Positions 1 to 9,488 of a stretch of 64,000 bases of DNA are shown piece after piece. The position numbers and the translations under genes are program-made. The stretch spans positions 352-64,351 of the forward strand of contig CAKQJZ010000001.1 of assembly GCA_934247875.1 (NCBI GenBank). The letters run 5' to 3'. Origin of the DNA: an uncultured Spirochaetales bacterium (GTDB lineage Bacteria; Spirochaetota; Spirochaetia; Sphaerochaetales; Sphaerochaetaceae). Below the pieces are notes generated by a model, which was not told where the DNA came from, ran no database searches, and was given only the letters and a program-made list of their open reading frames with translations. Positions within the stretch are counted from its first letter, which is position 1. Each line of letters opens with the position of its first letter.

Positions 1-683
1 AGAATAAAGAGCTTCGCCTCGCTGAATATGGAAAAGCTCAGGATTATGCAGAGCGTGCTATAGCGCTTAATGATAGTGCGAATGCAGAGCATTGGCTAAG
101 CTCAGCAATTGGAAGGATAGGCCAAGTCAATGGTGCTTTGAATAGCTTAAGCAAGGCAAAGCCTATGTATGAGATCATCAAGAAAGTCCAGAATGATTTC
201 AATGCTGATATGTCAGATTCATGGTATGTACTGGGAATACTATTCAATCAGCTTCCAGGATCTCCAATCAGCTTCGGAAACTCTAAAGAGGCTATAAGCT
301 ACATGAAAAGGTGCTTAGATACTCAGGATGCTGTAAACAGATCCAATCTCACTAACTATCTTGAAACTGCAGAGCAGCTATATCAGCGCAATTGGGATAG
401 CAAGAAGAGAGAGAAGGAATTTGAGAAGATGAAGTCTAAATACAAGTCTGAAACTCTTCCTACAGAGAAGATGAAATACTATGAAGGCAGAGATGGCAAG
501 AAGACTACTGCTTATTATTGCTCTGTACCGCTTGTTGAGATTTCAGATAGACAGGAAGCTATTACTTTGCTGCGTTATTCACTTGCAGTTTATGACATGA
601 GAGAAAAGCAAAATCTTATTCTTCCATCAGATACTGAAAAGAAAGCAGATATCGAGGCATTCCTTAATCAGATTTCGCTGTAG
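1..683 (+). CDS. TPR-like helical-repeat protein, 5' end cut by window edge
   Basis: The frame is open from base 3 to the TAG at 681-683. The track ORF 138..683 begins at an internal TTG. The upstream translation reads NKELRLAEYGKAQDYAERAIALNDSANAEHW, which looks like a helical repeat. No family-specific motif was recognised. Confidence 0.5.
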   Translation, partial: NKELRLAEYGKAQDYAERAIALNDSANAEHWLSSAIGRIGQVNGALNSLSKAKPMYEIIKKVQNDFNADMSDSWYVLGILFNQLPGSPISFGNSKEAISYMKRCLDTQDAVNRSNLTNYLETAEQLYQRNWDSKKREKEFEKMKSKYKSETLPTEKMKYYEGRDGKKTTAYYCSVPLVEISDRQEAITLLRYSLAVYDMREKQNLILPSDTEKKADIEAFLNQISL

Positions 684-735
684 AAAGTTGGCAATAAGAT
701 AGCTTTTTGGTATCATCAAAAACTGGAGGATTAAG

Positions 736-3387
736 ATGAAGGCTGTTGAACTAGCAAAATCCTATAACCCAAAAGATTTTGAAGATAGGATTTATGAAGA
801 GTGGAAAGAAAAGGGCGAGTTTTGTCCTAAGGATGGGGAGGGACACTTCTCTGTCGTAATGCCACCTCCAAATGTTACTGGTATTCTTCATATGGGCCAT
901 GCCCTTAATAATAGCTTGCAGGATATCATTGTCAGATATAAGAGAATGACTGGACTTCCAACTGTATGGATTCCTGGCACAGACCATGCAGGCATTGCAA
1001 CTCAGAACGTTGTAGAGCGTCAGCTTGCTAAAGAGGGACTAAGACGCCAGGATCTTGGAAGAGAGAAGTTCTTGGAGCGCACTTGGCAAGTTAAGGACAA
1101 GCACCACGATATCATCAAGAATCAGCTTGAGAAGATGGGCTGTTCATGTGACTGGACTCGTGAGCGCTTTACTATGGATGAAGGTCTCTCAAAAGCTGTT
1201 AGAGAGGCATTTGTAACTCTATATGAGCGTGGACTTATCTATAAAGGCAACTACCTTGTAAACTACTGCCCTAAGTGTGGAACAGCTCTTGCAGATGATG
1301 AGGTTGAGTATGAGGATATGCCTGGCCACTTGTATGATGTCAATTACCCATATGCAGATGGATCAGGATATATCACTGTAGCTACAACCAGACCTGAGAC
1401 AATGTTCGGAGATGTCGCTGTAGCTGTAAACCCAGATGATGAGCGCTATAAGAGCATTGTAGGCAAGATGCTTCTGCTTCCTTTGACTAATAAAGAGATT
1501 CCTATCATTGCTGATTCTTTTGTTGATAAAGAGTTCGGTACTGGTATGGTTAAGATCACACCTGCTCATGACCCTAATGACTGGGAGTGTGGAAGAAGAC
1601 ATAACCTTGAAGCAATCAATCTCTTAAATCCAGATGGAACTCTAAATGAGAATGTTCCAGAGAAATACAGAGGACTTAAAGCAGAAGAGGCTAGAGAGCT
1701 TGTTGTAGCAGATCTGAAAGATGGTGGATACCTTGTTAAGATCACAGACCACGCACATGATGTAGGCCATTGCTACCGCTGTCATACTGTTGTTGAGCCA
1801 TATCTATCTGAGCAGTGGTTTGTAAGAATGAAATCTCTAGCAGAGAAGGCTATCGGTGCCTGGAAGAGCGGAGACATAGTATTCTACCCAAGAAAGTGGG
1901 AGAACACATATCTTCATTGGATGGAGAATATCAGAGACTGGTGCATCTCTCGTCAGCTTTGGTGGGGACATAGAATCCCTGTCTGGTATTGCGAAGAGTG
2001 CGGTGAGATGATTGTATCAAGAGTTGACGTTACTGAGTGTCCAAAGTGCCACTCACATAAGCTGAGACAGGATAGCGATGTTCTCGATACTTGGTTCTCA
2101 TCTTGGCTTTGGCCATTCTCAACACTTGGCTGGCCAGAGAATACAGAAGATCTCAAGAAGTACTTCCCAACTAATGCTCTTGTTAGTGGATATGATATCA
2201 TCTTCTTCTGGATTTCCAGAATGATCATGGCATCTGAGGAGTTCTTAGGCGTTGCTCCTTTCAGAGATATCGTAATCACAGGTCTCGTAAGAGATAGCCA
2301 GGGCAGAAAGATGAGCAAGTCTCTAGGCAACGGTATCGACCCAATTGATGTTATAGAGCAATATGGCGCAGACGCAATGAAGTTCACTCTTTGCTATCTT
2401 GCAGCTCAGGGCCAGGATGTTCTTATTGATATGAAGTCCTTCCAGCTTGGATCAAGATTCGCAAATAAGATCTGGAATGCTACTAGATTCCTATTGATGA
2501 ACCTTGAGTCAAGAAATCTTATCGAAGTTAAGAGAAGCGATCTCAATGTTATGGATCGATGGATTTATAGCCAGCTCAATAATGCTGCAAAGTCTATTCA
2601 AAAGGCTATGAATGGCTATCATTTCAATGAAGCTGCTCAGACTATCTATTCATTCTTCTGGAATGATTTCTGTGACTGGTACATTGAAGCATCTAAGCAA
2701 AGATTGCTACATGGCACAGATGCAGAGAAGGATCTGCAGGTTTCTATTCTTATGGAGATCCTAGAGGAATCAATGCGCTTGATGCATCCATTCCTATCAT
2801 TCCTTACAGAAGAGATCTATCAGAAGCTTCCTAACCACAAAGGTGATGTAATCTCTGCTGAGTATCCTGTATACAGAAGCGATAGAGAGGACAAAGAGGC
2901 TGAAAAGCTAGTTAATGCACTCCAGGATGCTATTAAGAATGTAAGAGCTGTCAGATCTAATCTGATGATTGGACCAGAGAAGAAGGTCAAAGTTGTAATC
3001 AGACCAAGCAAAGATTACTTTGCATCTCAGTTCTTAGTAGAAGAAGCATCGCTTATGGGCGCATTCATGAATGCATCATCTGTTACAGTAGACCTTGATG
3101 AGAGTGAGGATGTTTCCAAAGCATTCCCATCACACGGACTAGGATTTGAAGCATTTGTATTTGTTCGTGATGCGATTGATGTAGAAGGGGAGATTGCAAA
3201 GCTTACTGGCGAGATTGAGAAGGCTTCAGCTCTTCTTATGCAGTCAGAGAAGAAGCTTTCAAATGAGAACTTCATTTCTCATGCTAAACCAGAGGCTATT
3301 GAGAAAGAAAGAAGCAAGAAAGCTGAGTTCGAAGATAAGATCAGAAAGAGTGAAGAGCATATCGAGCTTTTGAAGACTTTGAGATAG
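736..3387 (+). CDS. valS: valine--tRNA ligase
   Basis: The 883-aa ORF carries the class-I HIGH-type motif PNVTGILHMGH, the KMSKS motif (GRKMSKSLGN) and a C-terminal coiled-coil tail typical of ValRS. A GGAGGA RBS lies 6 nt upstream of the ATG. Confidence 0.97.
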   Translation: MKAVELAKSYNPKDFEDRIYEEWKEKGEFCPKDGEGHFSVVMPPPNVTGILHMGHALNNSLQDIIVRYKRMTGLPTVWIPGTDHAGIATQNVVERQLAKEGLRRQDLGREKFLERTWQVKDKHHDIIKNQLEKMGCSCDWTRERFTMDEGLSKAVREAFVTLYERGLIYKGNYLVNYCPKCGTALADDEVEYEDMPGHLYDVNYPYADGSGYITVATTRPETMFGDVAVAVNPDDERYKSIVGKMLLLPLTNKEIPIIADSFVDKEFGTGMVKITPAHDPNDWECGRRHNLEAINLLNPDGTLNENVPEKYRGLKAEEARELVVADLKDGGYLVKITDHAHDVGHCYRCHTVVEPYLSEQWFVRMKSLAEKAIGAWKSGDIVFYPRKWENTYLHWMENIRDWCISRQLWWGHRIPVWYCEECGEMIVSRVDVTECPKCHSHKLRQDSDVLDTWFSSWLWPFSTLGWPENTEDLKKYFPTNALVSGYDIIFFWISRMIMASEEFLGVAPFRDIVITGLVRDSQGRKMSKSLGNGIDPIDVIEQYGADAMKFTLCYLAAQGQDVLIDMKSFQLGSRFANKIWNATRFLLMNLESRNLIEVKRSDLNVMDRWIYSQLNNAAKSIQKAMNGYHFNEAAQTIYSFFWNDFCDWYIEASKQRLLHGTDAEKDLQVSILMEILEESMRLMHPFLSFLTEEIYQKLPNHKGDVISAEYPVYRSDREDKEAEKLVNALQDAIKNVRAVRSNLMIGPEKKVKVVIRPSKDYFASQFLVEEASLMGAFMNASSVTVDLDESEDVSKAFPSHGLGFEAFVFVRDAIDVEGEIAKLTGEIEKASALLMQSEKKLSNENFISHAKPEAIEKERSKKAEFEDKIRKSEEHIELLKTLR

Positions 3388-3405
3388 TCAAGATCTCAAC
3401 ACACG

Positions 3406-3446
3406 ATACCATGCAAGGCAAAAAGCTGAGCATGGTATTTTTTTTC
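3406..3446 (+). terminator. rho-independent terminator after valS
   Basis: A 9-bp stem pairs ATACCATGC (3406-3414) with GCATGGTAT (3430-3438), followed by a T8 run. Confidence 0.7.
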
Positions 3447-3457
3447 GACTCATATTG

Positions 3458-3486
3458 TTAAAAAGAATTGGGTGCTCATCGCACCC
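3458..3486 (-). terminator. rho-independent terminator after the Hc1-like gene
   Basis: A stem pairs GGGTGC (3470-3475) with GCACCC (3481-3486). On the minus strand it is followed by AATTCTTTTT. It faces the valS terminator. Confidence 0.6.
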
Positions 3487-3503
3487 ATACTCAGCATTGG
3501 CTA

Positions 3504-3692
3504 TTACTTTTCAGCATCGAGCTTTTCTCTAGCTTCCTGAATTTCCTTTCTTCTTGCTTTTGCGAGCTTAGCAATCTCTGCGAGTGCTTTTCTTGCTCTT
3601 GCGGAGGAAGCTTTAACTCCCTTTTCTTCGAATTTTGCGTTTTCAGTGATGTATGCTTCATACTGAGCAACAATCTCTTCATGAGTAGTCAT
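3504..3692 (-). CDS. small histone H1/Hc1-like basic DNA-binding protein
   Basis: The 62-aa product MTTHEEIVAQYEAYITENAKFEEKGVKASSARARKALAEIAKLAKARRKEIQEAREKLDAEK is Lys/Arg/Ala-rich. It resembles bacterial histone-H1-like proteins as I remember them. AGGA lies 11 nt upstream of this ATG. An alternative ATG is at 3704. Confidence 0.55.
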   Translation of the reverse strand: MTTHEEIVAQYEAYITENAKFEEKGVKASSARARKALAEIAKLAKARRKEIQEAREKLDAEK

Positions 3693-3725
3693 AAAACTTA
3701 CCATCCTTTTTTTTATTTTTCTAAA

Positions 3726-3753
3726 ATTCTATCATATTTGATTGTCTGCGCAA
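3726..3753 (-). promoter_or_regulatory. sigma70-like promoter for the Hc1-like gene
   Basis: On the minus strand TTGCGC (3753-3748) is followed by a 16-nt spacer and TAGAAT (3731-3726). Confidence 0.4.
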
Positions 3754-3778
3754 TAATAATCGAAAAAAAAGTTAAAAT

Positions 3779-4936
3779 TTAGATAGTTCTGCCTTTCCAG
3801 ACAAAGTTTTTACCTGAGAGTCTTCTGTATATACCATGGATATAAAGCCAGCAAAGCACTATTAGAGTGAATGGACATGAAATCGATATCAGCTTTCTGT
3901 AGTTGATGTTTCTCGACCCACAGAACCATGCAACATAGAGCATGAACCATCCTAAGAACAGTGCAATTCCATATTCATATTCATATGGGAATAATATGCT
4001 TCCGACTATAGTGAGAATAGGAGCTAGTGCCATTAATAAGAGTGCAATAACGAGAGGAATCAAAAGAAAGATAATTCTTGCTTTAGCAGGAAACAGCCCA
4101 ACAAGAGATCTTTCTATTCCTCTGAATGCTTCTTTTCTTTCATGGTACATATAGCAAGCAACATCCTCAGATAAATTGACAAAGCCATATTTCTTCTTGT
4201 GCTTGACGAACTCTTTGACGATTGACATATCGTCGCATACGACATTGTCTCCAAGCGCTTTATAGCCACCGACTTCTTCAAAGTCCTTGCTATTCACCAT
4301 TATGTATTGGCCGATTGCAAATGTCATATTAGGAAGCTGTAAGCGATGGAGCAGGGCCTGAGGGACAAGAACGTTGGCAAATAGCATTGATGCCATAGAT
4401 ATGCTTCCCCAGTAGCTCTCGCATAGCTCTGTTGGGAACCCTGAAAGGATTGAAAGCTTATGCATGATCATCATATTAAGCGTATGCTCAATAGAGTGGG
4501 TTGCATGTGCGCAGTCTGCATCTGTCATGAGCATGTATTCGCCAGTTGCATGGGGAACCAGCTGCAAAAGCGCATTGATCTTTCCATTCTTCACAAGCTT
4601 CAGACCAGGTTCTGTTTTAAAGCCTTTGATTCTTTTATCTTTTCTTTCATAGCGCTCGATGATAGAGCCTGTATTATCTGTAGACTGATCATTGATTACC
4701 AGAATCTCAATATTCTTATATGTCTGCTTAATCAGGGAATCAAGGAGTCTGCCAATATTATGCTCTTCATTTCTAGCTGGAATTATCACAGATACTTTAG
4801 GTCCATTTACTGGGTCAACGATTTTATCTGTTTTATTCATAATGCTGAAATAGATGATATTGACCATCGTTGTAACAAATGCATAAATTCCTACAATCGC
4901 CATGATCACAGCAGCAATTTGAAATAAGACCATCAA
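3779..4936 (-). CDS. family 2 glycosyltransferase with flanking transmembrane segments
   Basis: The motif VSVIIPARNEEHNIGRLLDSLIKQTYKNIEILVINDQSTDNT and a TDADC acidic motif are typical of GT2. Both the N and C termini are hydrophobic. Confidence 0.8.
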   Translation of the reverse strand: MMVLFQIAAVIMAIVGIYAFVTTMVNIIYFSIMNKTDKIVDPVNGPKVSVIIPARNEEHNIGRLLDSLIKQTYKNIEILVINDQSTDNTGSIIERYERKDKRIKGFKTEPGLKLVKNGKINALLQLVPHATGEYMLMTDADCAHATHSIEHTLNMMIMHKLSILSGFPTELCESYWGSISMASMLFANVLVPQALLHRLQLPNMTFAIGQYIMVNSKDFEEVGGYKALGDNVVCDDMSIVKEFVKHKKKYGFVNLSEDVACYMYHERKEAFRGIERSLVGLFPAKARIIFLLIPLVIALLLMALAPILTIVGSILFPYEYEYGIALFLGWFMLYVAWFCGSRNINYRKLISISCPFTLIVLCWLYIHGIYRRLSGKNFVWKGRTI

Positions 4937-5667
4937 TTACCTCTCAGCTTTTCCTGCACTTCCTTCATTGTCTCAAGAACAAGTGGGTCTTTTGTATAGA
5001 ATGTCTTTGCCTTATTCAGATACTTCTCAGCATTAGTATACTCTTCTCTCATGTAAGATGCATAGCCGATAGCTGTATATAGCCCAGACTCATCAAGGTA
5101 AGAGATTCCTGCTTTGTTGTTCTCGATGTCTTTAAGGAGTCTCAGTGCTTTTCTGTATGATCCACCGACAATAGCTGGTGTATAGATAAGACGCCAGCTC
5201 TCTGTCAAAGCAGCATAGAACTCATCAGGGTATTGAGAATAGAGCTTCTTAGTCAGTTCTGAATTCTCCATTCCGATTGACATCTCTTTATTGACATAGT
5301 AGCGAGCTGAAGTGTAATCAACCTCTACAACTAAGCGCTCAAGTGGTGTAGCACTATCATCAAGCATATCCATATACATGCCTTCAAGTTCTACATGCTC
5401 TCTGGCTTTTGCTTTGTTTTTAGTGTCTTTGTAGTAGCGCGCCATGTGGTACTCTATCCTGGATTTCTCAACAGTAGTGATTCCAGATTCTGTGTACTCT
5501 TTATAAAGAGGGAGCACTACGCTCTCTTTCTCTTCATTCTTTAGCGCTGTAATCAGCTTATTGAAAAGCGGATTGCTATTAGTTGATGCAAAAGAATCTG
5601 TATAAGCAGAAAGAGAGGAAATGATGAGTGCAAAGACAAGTGTTAATAATGTCAGTTTTTTTTTCAT
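4933..5667 (-). CDS. secreted hypothetical protein (TPR-like helices)
   Basis: There is a signal peptide (MKKKLTLLTLVFALIISSLSA). The start and stop overlap the neighbouring genes by 4 nt each. No family was recognised. Confidence 0.6.
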   Translation of the reverse strand: MKKKLTLLTLVFALIISSLSAYTDSFASTNSNPLFNKLITALKNEEKESVVLPLYKEYTESGITTVEKSRIEYHMARYYKDTKNKAKAREHVELEGMYMDMLDDSATPLERLVVEVDYTSARYYVNKEMSIGMENSELTKKLYSQYPDEFYAALTESWRLIYTPAIVGGSYRKALRLLKDIENNKAGISYLDESGLYTAIGYASYMREEYTNAEKYLNKAKTFYTKDPLVLETMKEVQEKLRGN

Positions 5668-6899
5668 TTAACTATTTTCTCATCACTTAGACGTCTAAGT
5701 ATATAACCACTCTTCAGTGGAAGGTTAGTTTTAATATATCCTTCCTTTCCATGATCCAGCTGGAAAAGAGGGAAGCGAGCGCTATCTACAAGCTCAATTG
5801 ACTCTTCTTTGAGTAGCGGGACATCTGGACCGATGAACTCAATTGTCTGACCGCGTTTGATCTGGTTCTTGCAATCAATCTTATAGATATCATCTGCGAC
5901 TTTTTCACCGATAGTTCCGAGGAATGTATAGTTTCTCTCATATCCATAGCTTGTTGGACGAGATACATCATCCTTTCTGTCTTCAATCTGTCTATCAGAA
6001 TAGAAGAAACCAGTCGTGAACTCTCTATGTGATACATCGAAGATATCACGCTTATAGCTATCAAGATCTGGAGCGTGATCGAGTGCTTTTCTATATGCTC
6101 TTGTAACAACAGCAACATAGTAAACGCTCTTCATTCTGCCTTCGATTTTGATAGAAGACAGACCTGCATCTTCAAAATCCTTGATGTGGTCAATCATGCA
6201 AAGATCCTTAGAGGAGAGGATAGTAGTATATCCATCGCTCTCTTCTATTGGATAGTAGATGCCTTCTCTCTCTTCCTCTTCAAGAGTGCCTCTTAGCTTG
6301 TAGTTCCAGCGACATGTGTGTGCGCAGTCTCCTTGGTTCCCGCTTCTGCCAGCAAGGTGTGCTGATAGAATGCATCTGCCAGAATAAGCCATGCACATAG
6401 CGCCATGAGCAAATGCCTCAAGCTCAATCTCTGGTGCTTTGTCTTTAATGCGCTTGATATCATCAATAGAAGCCTCACGTCCGAGGATTATGCGATCAAA
6501 GCCCATCCTATAGTATGCTTTGACAGCTTCACTGTTTAGACAGCTTGCCTGAGTTGAAAGATGTAGAAGCTTGTCAGGGAAGTTCTTCTTCATGAAATCA
6601 ACAACGCCAATATCAGATACGATAAATCCATCAAATGGCCAGGTTGCAATTTCATCTTTCATAGAATGAAGTTCTTCAATCTGTCTCTCATGAAAGAGTA
6701 TGTTCAGTGTGCAATATAGCTTCTTTCCTGTCTTTCTCTTAAGCTCTCTGACTCTTTCTTTCTCTTCTTCTCCAAAGTTGCCTGCATTCTTTCTTAGTGA
6801 AAAGCTTGTAAGACCCATATATGCAGCGTCTGCGCCATATAGAAATGCTGTCTCAAGTTTTTCTATGTTTCCTGCTGGTGATAATAATTCTATTGCCAT
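5664..6899 (-). CDS. U32 family peptidase (collagenase-like / RNA hydroxylation family)
   Basis: The N-terminus IELLSPAGNIEKLETAFLYGADAAYMG and the Cys-rich stretch AHGAMCMAYSGRCILS...GDCAHTCRW are typical of peptidase U32. Confidence 0.9.
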   Translation of the reverse strand: MAIELLSPAGNIEKLETAFLYGADAAYMGLTSFSLRKNAGNFGEEEKERVRELKRKTGKKLYCTLNILFHERQIEELHSMKDEIATWPFDGFIVSDIGVVDFMKKNFPDKLLHLSTQASCLNSEAVKAYYRMGFDRIILGREASIDDIKRIKDKAPEIELEAFAHGAMCMAYSGRCILSAHLAGRSGNQGDCAHTCRWNYKLRGTLEEEEREGIYYPIEESDGYTTILSSKDLCMIDHIKDFEDAGLSSIKIEGRMKSVYYVAVVTRAYRKALDHAPDLDSYKRDIFDVSHREFTTGFFYSDRQIEDRKDDVSRPTSYGYERNYTFLGTIGEKVADDIYKIDCKNQIKRGQTIEFIGPDVPLLKEESIELVDSARFPLFQLDHGKEGYIKTNLPLKSGYILRRLSDEKIVK

Positions 6900-9346
6900 T
6901 TAAATACCTTCTGAAATGCTTCAGCTTTCTCAAGATTCTCTTCTTGTCTCTTGAGGTCTGCATCATGTTTTTTCGCTTCATCAAGCTCTGTTAGTTTAGC
7001 GACATCTAAGCGTTTTGTCTGCTCTGATGGGAAAGCAAGTGAAATAACTTCAGAAATATCCTTAACAGGATAGAATATTACACTTCCCTTAACTTCCTCT
7101 GAGAGCTTATCAAGGTCTGTTTTGTTTCTAGCTGGGATTATTATCTCTTTTATTCCATTTCTGCGTGCCGCAAGAATCTTCTCTTTCAGTCCGCCAATTG
7201 GAGTTACTCTGCCAGTGAGTGTAAGCTCTCCTGTCATAGCCATATGATCTTTCATCTTTATATTCCTGAACATAGACCAAAGGGCAGTGAAGAGCGTTAT
7301 GCCAGCCGAAGGGCCATCTTTAGGCACAGCACCATCTGGGATGTGGATATGAACAGAAGTGTTATCGAAATAAGATGTATCTAAGCCCCTGAGGTAAGCT
7401 TCCTTTTTAAGAGAGGACCATGCAATAGCTACAGATTCCTTCATGACATCTCCAAGCTGGCCAGTGATCTTCAGCTCACCTTTGCCTGGTATTCCTTCAG
7501 CTTCAATCAATAGCACATCGCCGCCCATCTCTGTCCATGCCAGTCCTATAGCAGTACCTGGGTTATCAGCAGATAAGATATCATCTGATGGGAATATAGG
7601 CTTGCCTAAGTATTTCTCAACATCCTTTTCTTTGATTGTGATAGGAAGAGACTGCTCATCATCCTTGCTTTCAAGGATTTCAAGTGCAACTTTTCTCATT
7701 ATCTTATCAATTGATTTCTCAAAATGTCTGACACCAGCTTCTCTTGCATATTCTTCTGCAATGATTGACAGTGCTTTGTTAGAGAATTTGAGCTCTTTTT
7801 TATCAAGTCCATTCTTCTCAAGCAGCTTAGGAACCAGATACTTGGATCCTATATGCAGCTTTTCCTGAGGTGTGTAGCCAGAGAGCTCGATTATCTCCAT
7901 TCTGTCTAAGAGCGGAGAAGGAATCTTTGAAATATCATTTGCAGTTACTATGAATAGCACTTTTGATAAATCATATGGCATATTGAGATAGAAATCCTGG
8001 AAGTTGGAGTTCTGTTCAGGGTCGAGCACTTCAAGCAGCGCAGATGCTGGGTCTCCGTGGAAGCTTTCGCCCATCTTATCTATCTCATCAATCAAGAATA
8101 CAGGGTCAACAACGCCAGTTGTCTTCATGCCTTGTATGATCTTGCCTGGCATAGCGCCAACATATGTTCTTCTGTGGCCTTTGATTTCAGCCTCATCTCT
8201 CATTCCACCAACGCTGAAACGATAGAATTTGCGATTCAGTGCTGCAGCAATAGAGTAGCCGACGCTGGTCTTACCGACTCCTGGAGGGCCTGCCAAGCAT
8301 ATGATTGCACCATTAGAGTTCTTTGCTTTGAGTCTTGATGCAAGGAATTCGACGATTCTCTCTTTTACTTCCTTCATTCCATAGTGATCTTTCTCAAGCT
8401 GTGCTTTTACATCGCTTATTGAATAGTCAGGTGCTTTGACATCAAAAGAGAATGGAAGTGAGAGTATTGTCTCAATATATAGCTTAGTAAGCATATATTC
8501 AGGGTTAGAAGGGTCAGTGCCAGAAAGCTTCTCAAGTTCCTTATTGACTACTTCCCTGTAGTTCTCTGGAAGTTCTTTCTGATTGGCTTCGTCATATATA
8601 TCGAGCTTAATATCGTTTGGTTTTGCCTGGGCATTATTACCCATAAGCGCATTGAGCTCTCCCTGGAGTGCTTTGATCTGCTCTCTTAGGAGTATCTCTT
8701 TATTCTTATTCTTGATTTTGATAGCAAGCTCGTTCTTTATCTCATTCTCTTTGCCAAGCACTTCTTTCTCAGCCTCGACATAAGATATGAGCTTCTCGAT
8801 TCTGCTCTTAGCGCTTCTGTCAGTCAGGATATCGAGTAGGAACTCTTTTGTTGCACCATTTAGAGAGGAAGCAACAAAGAAGCTTAGCTCAGATGGATCT
8901 TCAATATTGTTGATGTTGACTTCAGTCATCATATTGAAAAGCTGAGTCTGAGTCAGTGGAACTATAGCATCCTTTAGCACTCTCACATATGGCATAAGTG
9001 CTTTAGTTACTTTGATATTATCTTCAACATCACTCCATGAACCATATTTTCCATCTTCTCTTGTCTCTGCATCTTTGACTTCTACTCTTTGAAGAGTTGA
9101 GACAAATGCATGGATGCAGTTGTTTGGAAGACGCAAGAACTTGTTTATTTTGCATATCGTTCCGATTTTATTTCCATCAAGCTCTAAGAGCGCGATGAAG
9201 AAGCCATCACCTTCGATGACGCTGTTTATTATATTTACATCCTCTGGTCTCCCTATGATCATTGTCGTCAAAGTTCCAGGAAATAGTGGTTTTTCAACAA
9301 GTGGGAGAATCGGAAGGATTGATGGAAGCTCTTTAGTGTTATCCAT
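6890..9346 (-). CDS. lon: ATP-dependent Lon protease
   Basis: The 818-aa ORF has a Lon N-domain, the Walker A motif GPPGVGKTS and the proteolytic motif PKDGPSAG. Confidence 0.97.
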   Translation of the reverse strand: MDNTKELPSILPILPLVEKPLFPGTLTTMIIGRPEDVNIINSVIEGDGFFIALLELDGNKIGTICKINKFLRLPNNCIHAFVSTLQRVEVKDAETREDGKYGSWSDVEDNIKVTKALMPYVRVLKDAIVPLTQTQLFNMMTEVNINNIEDPSELSFFVASSLNGATKEFLLDILTDRSAKSRIEKLISYVEAEKEVLGKENEIKNELAIKIKNKNKEILLREQIKALQGELNALMGNNAQAKPNDIKLDIYDEANQKELPENYREVVNKELEKLSGTDPSNPEYMLTKLYIETILSLPFSFDVKAPDYSISDVKAQLEKDHYGMKEVKERIVEFLASRLKAKNSNGAIICLAGPPGVGKTSVGYSIAAALNRKFYRFSVGGMRDEAEIKGHRRTYVGAMPGKIIQGMKTTGVVDPVFLIDEIDKMGESFHGDPASALLEVLDPEQNSNFQDFYLNMPYDLSKVLFIVTANDISKIPSPLLDRMEIIELSGYTPQEKLHIGSKYLVPKLLEKNGLDKKELKFSNKALSIIAEEYAREAGVRHFEKSIDKIMRKVALEILESKDDEQSLPITIKEKDVEKYLGKPIFPSDDILSADNPGTAIGLAWTEMGGDVLLIEAEGIPGKGELKITGQLGDVMKESVAIAWSSLKKEAYLRGLDTSYFDNTSVHIHIPDGAVPKDGPSAGITLFTALWSMFRNIKMKDHMAMTGELTLTGRVTPIGGLKEKILAARRNGIKEIIIPARNKTDLDKLSEEVKGSVIFYPVKDISEVISLAFPSEQTKRLDVAKLTELDEAKKHDADLKRQEENLEKAEAFQKVFKWQ

Positions 9347-9424
9347 AAATATTTCCTTATTAATATATATAGCACCTATAGGAAAAGGTTTTTACTAGAA
9401 ATGTACTTAAAATGATTGAAAACG

Positions 9425-9458
9425 GCAACATGAAAAGTTAATGTTGCATTTTGTTGCA
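9425..9458. promoter_or_regulatory. candidate operator with three TGTTGC units in the lon/arcC divergent region
   Basis: GCAACAT (9425-9431) is inverted relative to ATGTTGC (9441-9447). TGTTGCA is repeated directly at 9442-9448 and 9452-9458, a 10-bp period. Confidence 0.25.
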
Positions 9459-9488
9459 AGTGTGTTATTGTATAGTCAGAGGAAAGTT

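Noticed and set aside
3468-3782. A 104-aa plus-strand ORF covers the Hc1-like gene region.
   Set aside because: Its Cys/Phe/Ser-rich translation has no recognisable fold. The opposite strand has a promoter, RBS, terminator and a plausible basic protein.
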